From: Phoronis australis
Lineage: Eukaryota; Animalia; Phoronida
Length of the DNA: 64,000 bases
Reading direction: 5' to 3'
Assembly (NCBI GenBank): GCA_002633005.1
Contig: NMRA01000030.1
Location: forward strand, 1,169,957-1,233,956
This document shows, in pieces, positions 63,501 through 64,000 of this stretch; within the stretch, counting starts at the first letter, position 1, and every line of letters begins with the position of its first letter. A program made the position numbers and the translations under genes. Below the pieces are notes generated by a model. That model ran no database searches, was not told the DNA's origin, and worked only from the letters and a program-made list of their open reading frames with translations.

Positions 63501-64000
63501 GAGCACGGTGTCTCAGTAAAAAAACAAGTTTTGATGACAATAATGATGATATAAATGATGATGGAGTGGATGAAGAAACGTAGTAAGTGTATGCTATGTT
63601 GTTAAAGAACTTTAAATTCTCACCCTTATGGAAAATATGGACAACATTTTTTTCATGCTCATGACTGACACTGCTCGGTGTGTCTCTCCCTGTGACAGTT
63701 GAGGGATAATGTTAATTAATTATGACAATTAATGAAATTGATGACAGAAAATTTGTTGCAGAAGCATTGGAAATGTATGGTGTTCACATGTAGGTTGTGA
63801 TGTCAAACCTTTATCAAGTTCCAAATGGTTAACAGTATTATAGTTCTTTTTGTAGCTCAGAGTATAGTAGTATGTTTTCTGGCCAACAGGAGGCGCTGCT
63901 AAAATGATACTTTTTCTCTTTTTTGAGCAATTTTCCAACTAATGTCATAATATTTATCACTTTCCTTGGTCAATAACTTCAAATGAACAAAACCCAATCA

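Overview
Intron-rich, AT-rich eukaryotic (invertebrate animal) DNA; no prokaryotic features. (1) 734-42484 (+): the 3' 21 exons of a DNA topoisomerase II gene (TOP2), from the TOPRIM/DNA-gate region through the catalytic Tyr (ASPRY) to the stop codon. All exons were joined by hand with consistent splice phases. (2) 47545-55448 (-): four in-frame exons of a divergent NOX5-like NADPH oxidase dehydrogenase region in which the NADPH-binding motifs are replaced, a candidate pseudo-enzyme. (3) A dense, partly nested set of transposon relics: TTAA-flanked Kolobok-like elements with THAP remnants, TA-flanked Tc1/mariner-type MITEs, a Harbinger-type MITE, hAT-like elements with 6-bp TSDs, Helentron/DINE-like repeats, RTE and RNase H-bearing LINE fragments, and an Academ-like remnant. 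The most unusual structural signal is that six TOP2 introns begin with tandem copies of their own 5' splice-site region, and several of these intronic copies differ from the exon mainly at synonymous positions.
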